From positions 69,714 through 133,713 of the IMG/VR virus record IMGVR_UViG_3300014204_000123: 64,000 bases of DNA. One strand, given 5' to 3'. A model generated the notes under the pieces. It was given only the letters and a program-made list of their open reading frames with translations. It had not been told where the DNA came from and made no database searches. Source of the stretch: a virus. Lineage: Duplodnaviria; Caudoviricetes. Both the position numbers and the translations under genes were made by a program. Shown piece after piece: positions 63,794-64,000 of this stretch (position 1 is its first letter; the number at the start of each line of letters is the position of its first letter).

Positions 63794-64000
63794 GGACCGG
63801 GACTTCTGTCGGTCATTGCGTGGCTATGGCGATGGCTCTGGCTATGGCGATGGCGATGGCTCTGGCGATGGCTCTGGCGATGGCTCTGGCTATGGCGATG
63901 GCGATGGCGATGGCTATGGCTCTGGCTATGGCTCTGGCGATGGCTATGGCTCTGGCTATGGCTCTGGCGATGGCTCTGGCGATGGCTCTGGCGATGGCGA
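63777..64000 (+). CDS. Gly-(Tyr/Asp/Ser) repeat protein (3' partial)
   Basis: ATG 63777 after GGGGG; MRNRCRDRDFCRSLR then GYGDGSG...; runs off the window. Confidence 0.7.
   Translation, partial: MRNRCRDRDFCRSLRGYGDGSGYGDGDGSGDGSGDGSGYGDGDGDGYGSGYGSGDGYGSGYGSGDGSGDGSGDG
63822..64000 (+). repeat. hexamer tandem repeat GGC(TAT/GAT/TCT)
   Basis: about 30 units to the window end. Confidence 0.95.

Noticed and set aside
63822-64000. Terminal repeat as a CRISPR array or telomere
   Set aside because: Hexamer units with no unique spacers; it reads as an in-frame Gly-X coding repeat

Overview
This 64 kb window is a segment of a large tailed dsDNA bacteriophage (myovirus-type), about 55-58% GC by eye, with essentially all real genes on the + strand. 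The order is: (i) a replication/recombination module (GroES-like co-chaperonin, DnaG primase, SSBs, SF2 helicase, RecA, two PD-(D/E)XK nucleases including a Cas4-like one, RuvC-like resolvase); (ii) a T4-like head module (TerS, TerL, gp20-type portal, gp21-type protease fused to a scaffold, gp23-type major capsid protein, neck proteins); (iii) a contractile tail whose parts resemble extracellular contractile injection systems (Afp/PVC-type sheath, two tube paralogues, tail chaperone with a -1 frameshift, 1764-aa tape measure, LysM, hub, HxH spike, gp25, baseplate J, tube initiator); (iv) from about 54.2 kb, a region of small accessory genes driven by TTGACA-N16/17-TATGCT promoters. The most notable unexplained signals are: a dispersed 14-bp palindrome TGCAATCGATTGCA at gene junctions directly in front of ribosome-binding sites; strong two-strand over-representation of the hexamer ACCTAT/ATAGGT; one beta-module family inserted into the capsid, sheath and baseplate proteins; a triple H-x8-H-x3-D module nested in the sheath; and Cys4 modules inserted into the replication enzymes. 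No CRISPR array, tRNA, integrase, reverse transcriptase, DNA polymerase or endolysin was recognised. All family assignments come from motif recognition by eye, not from database searches.
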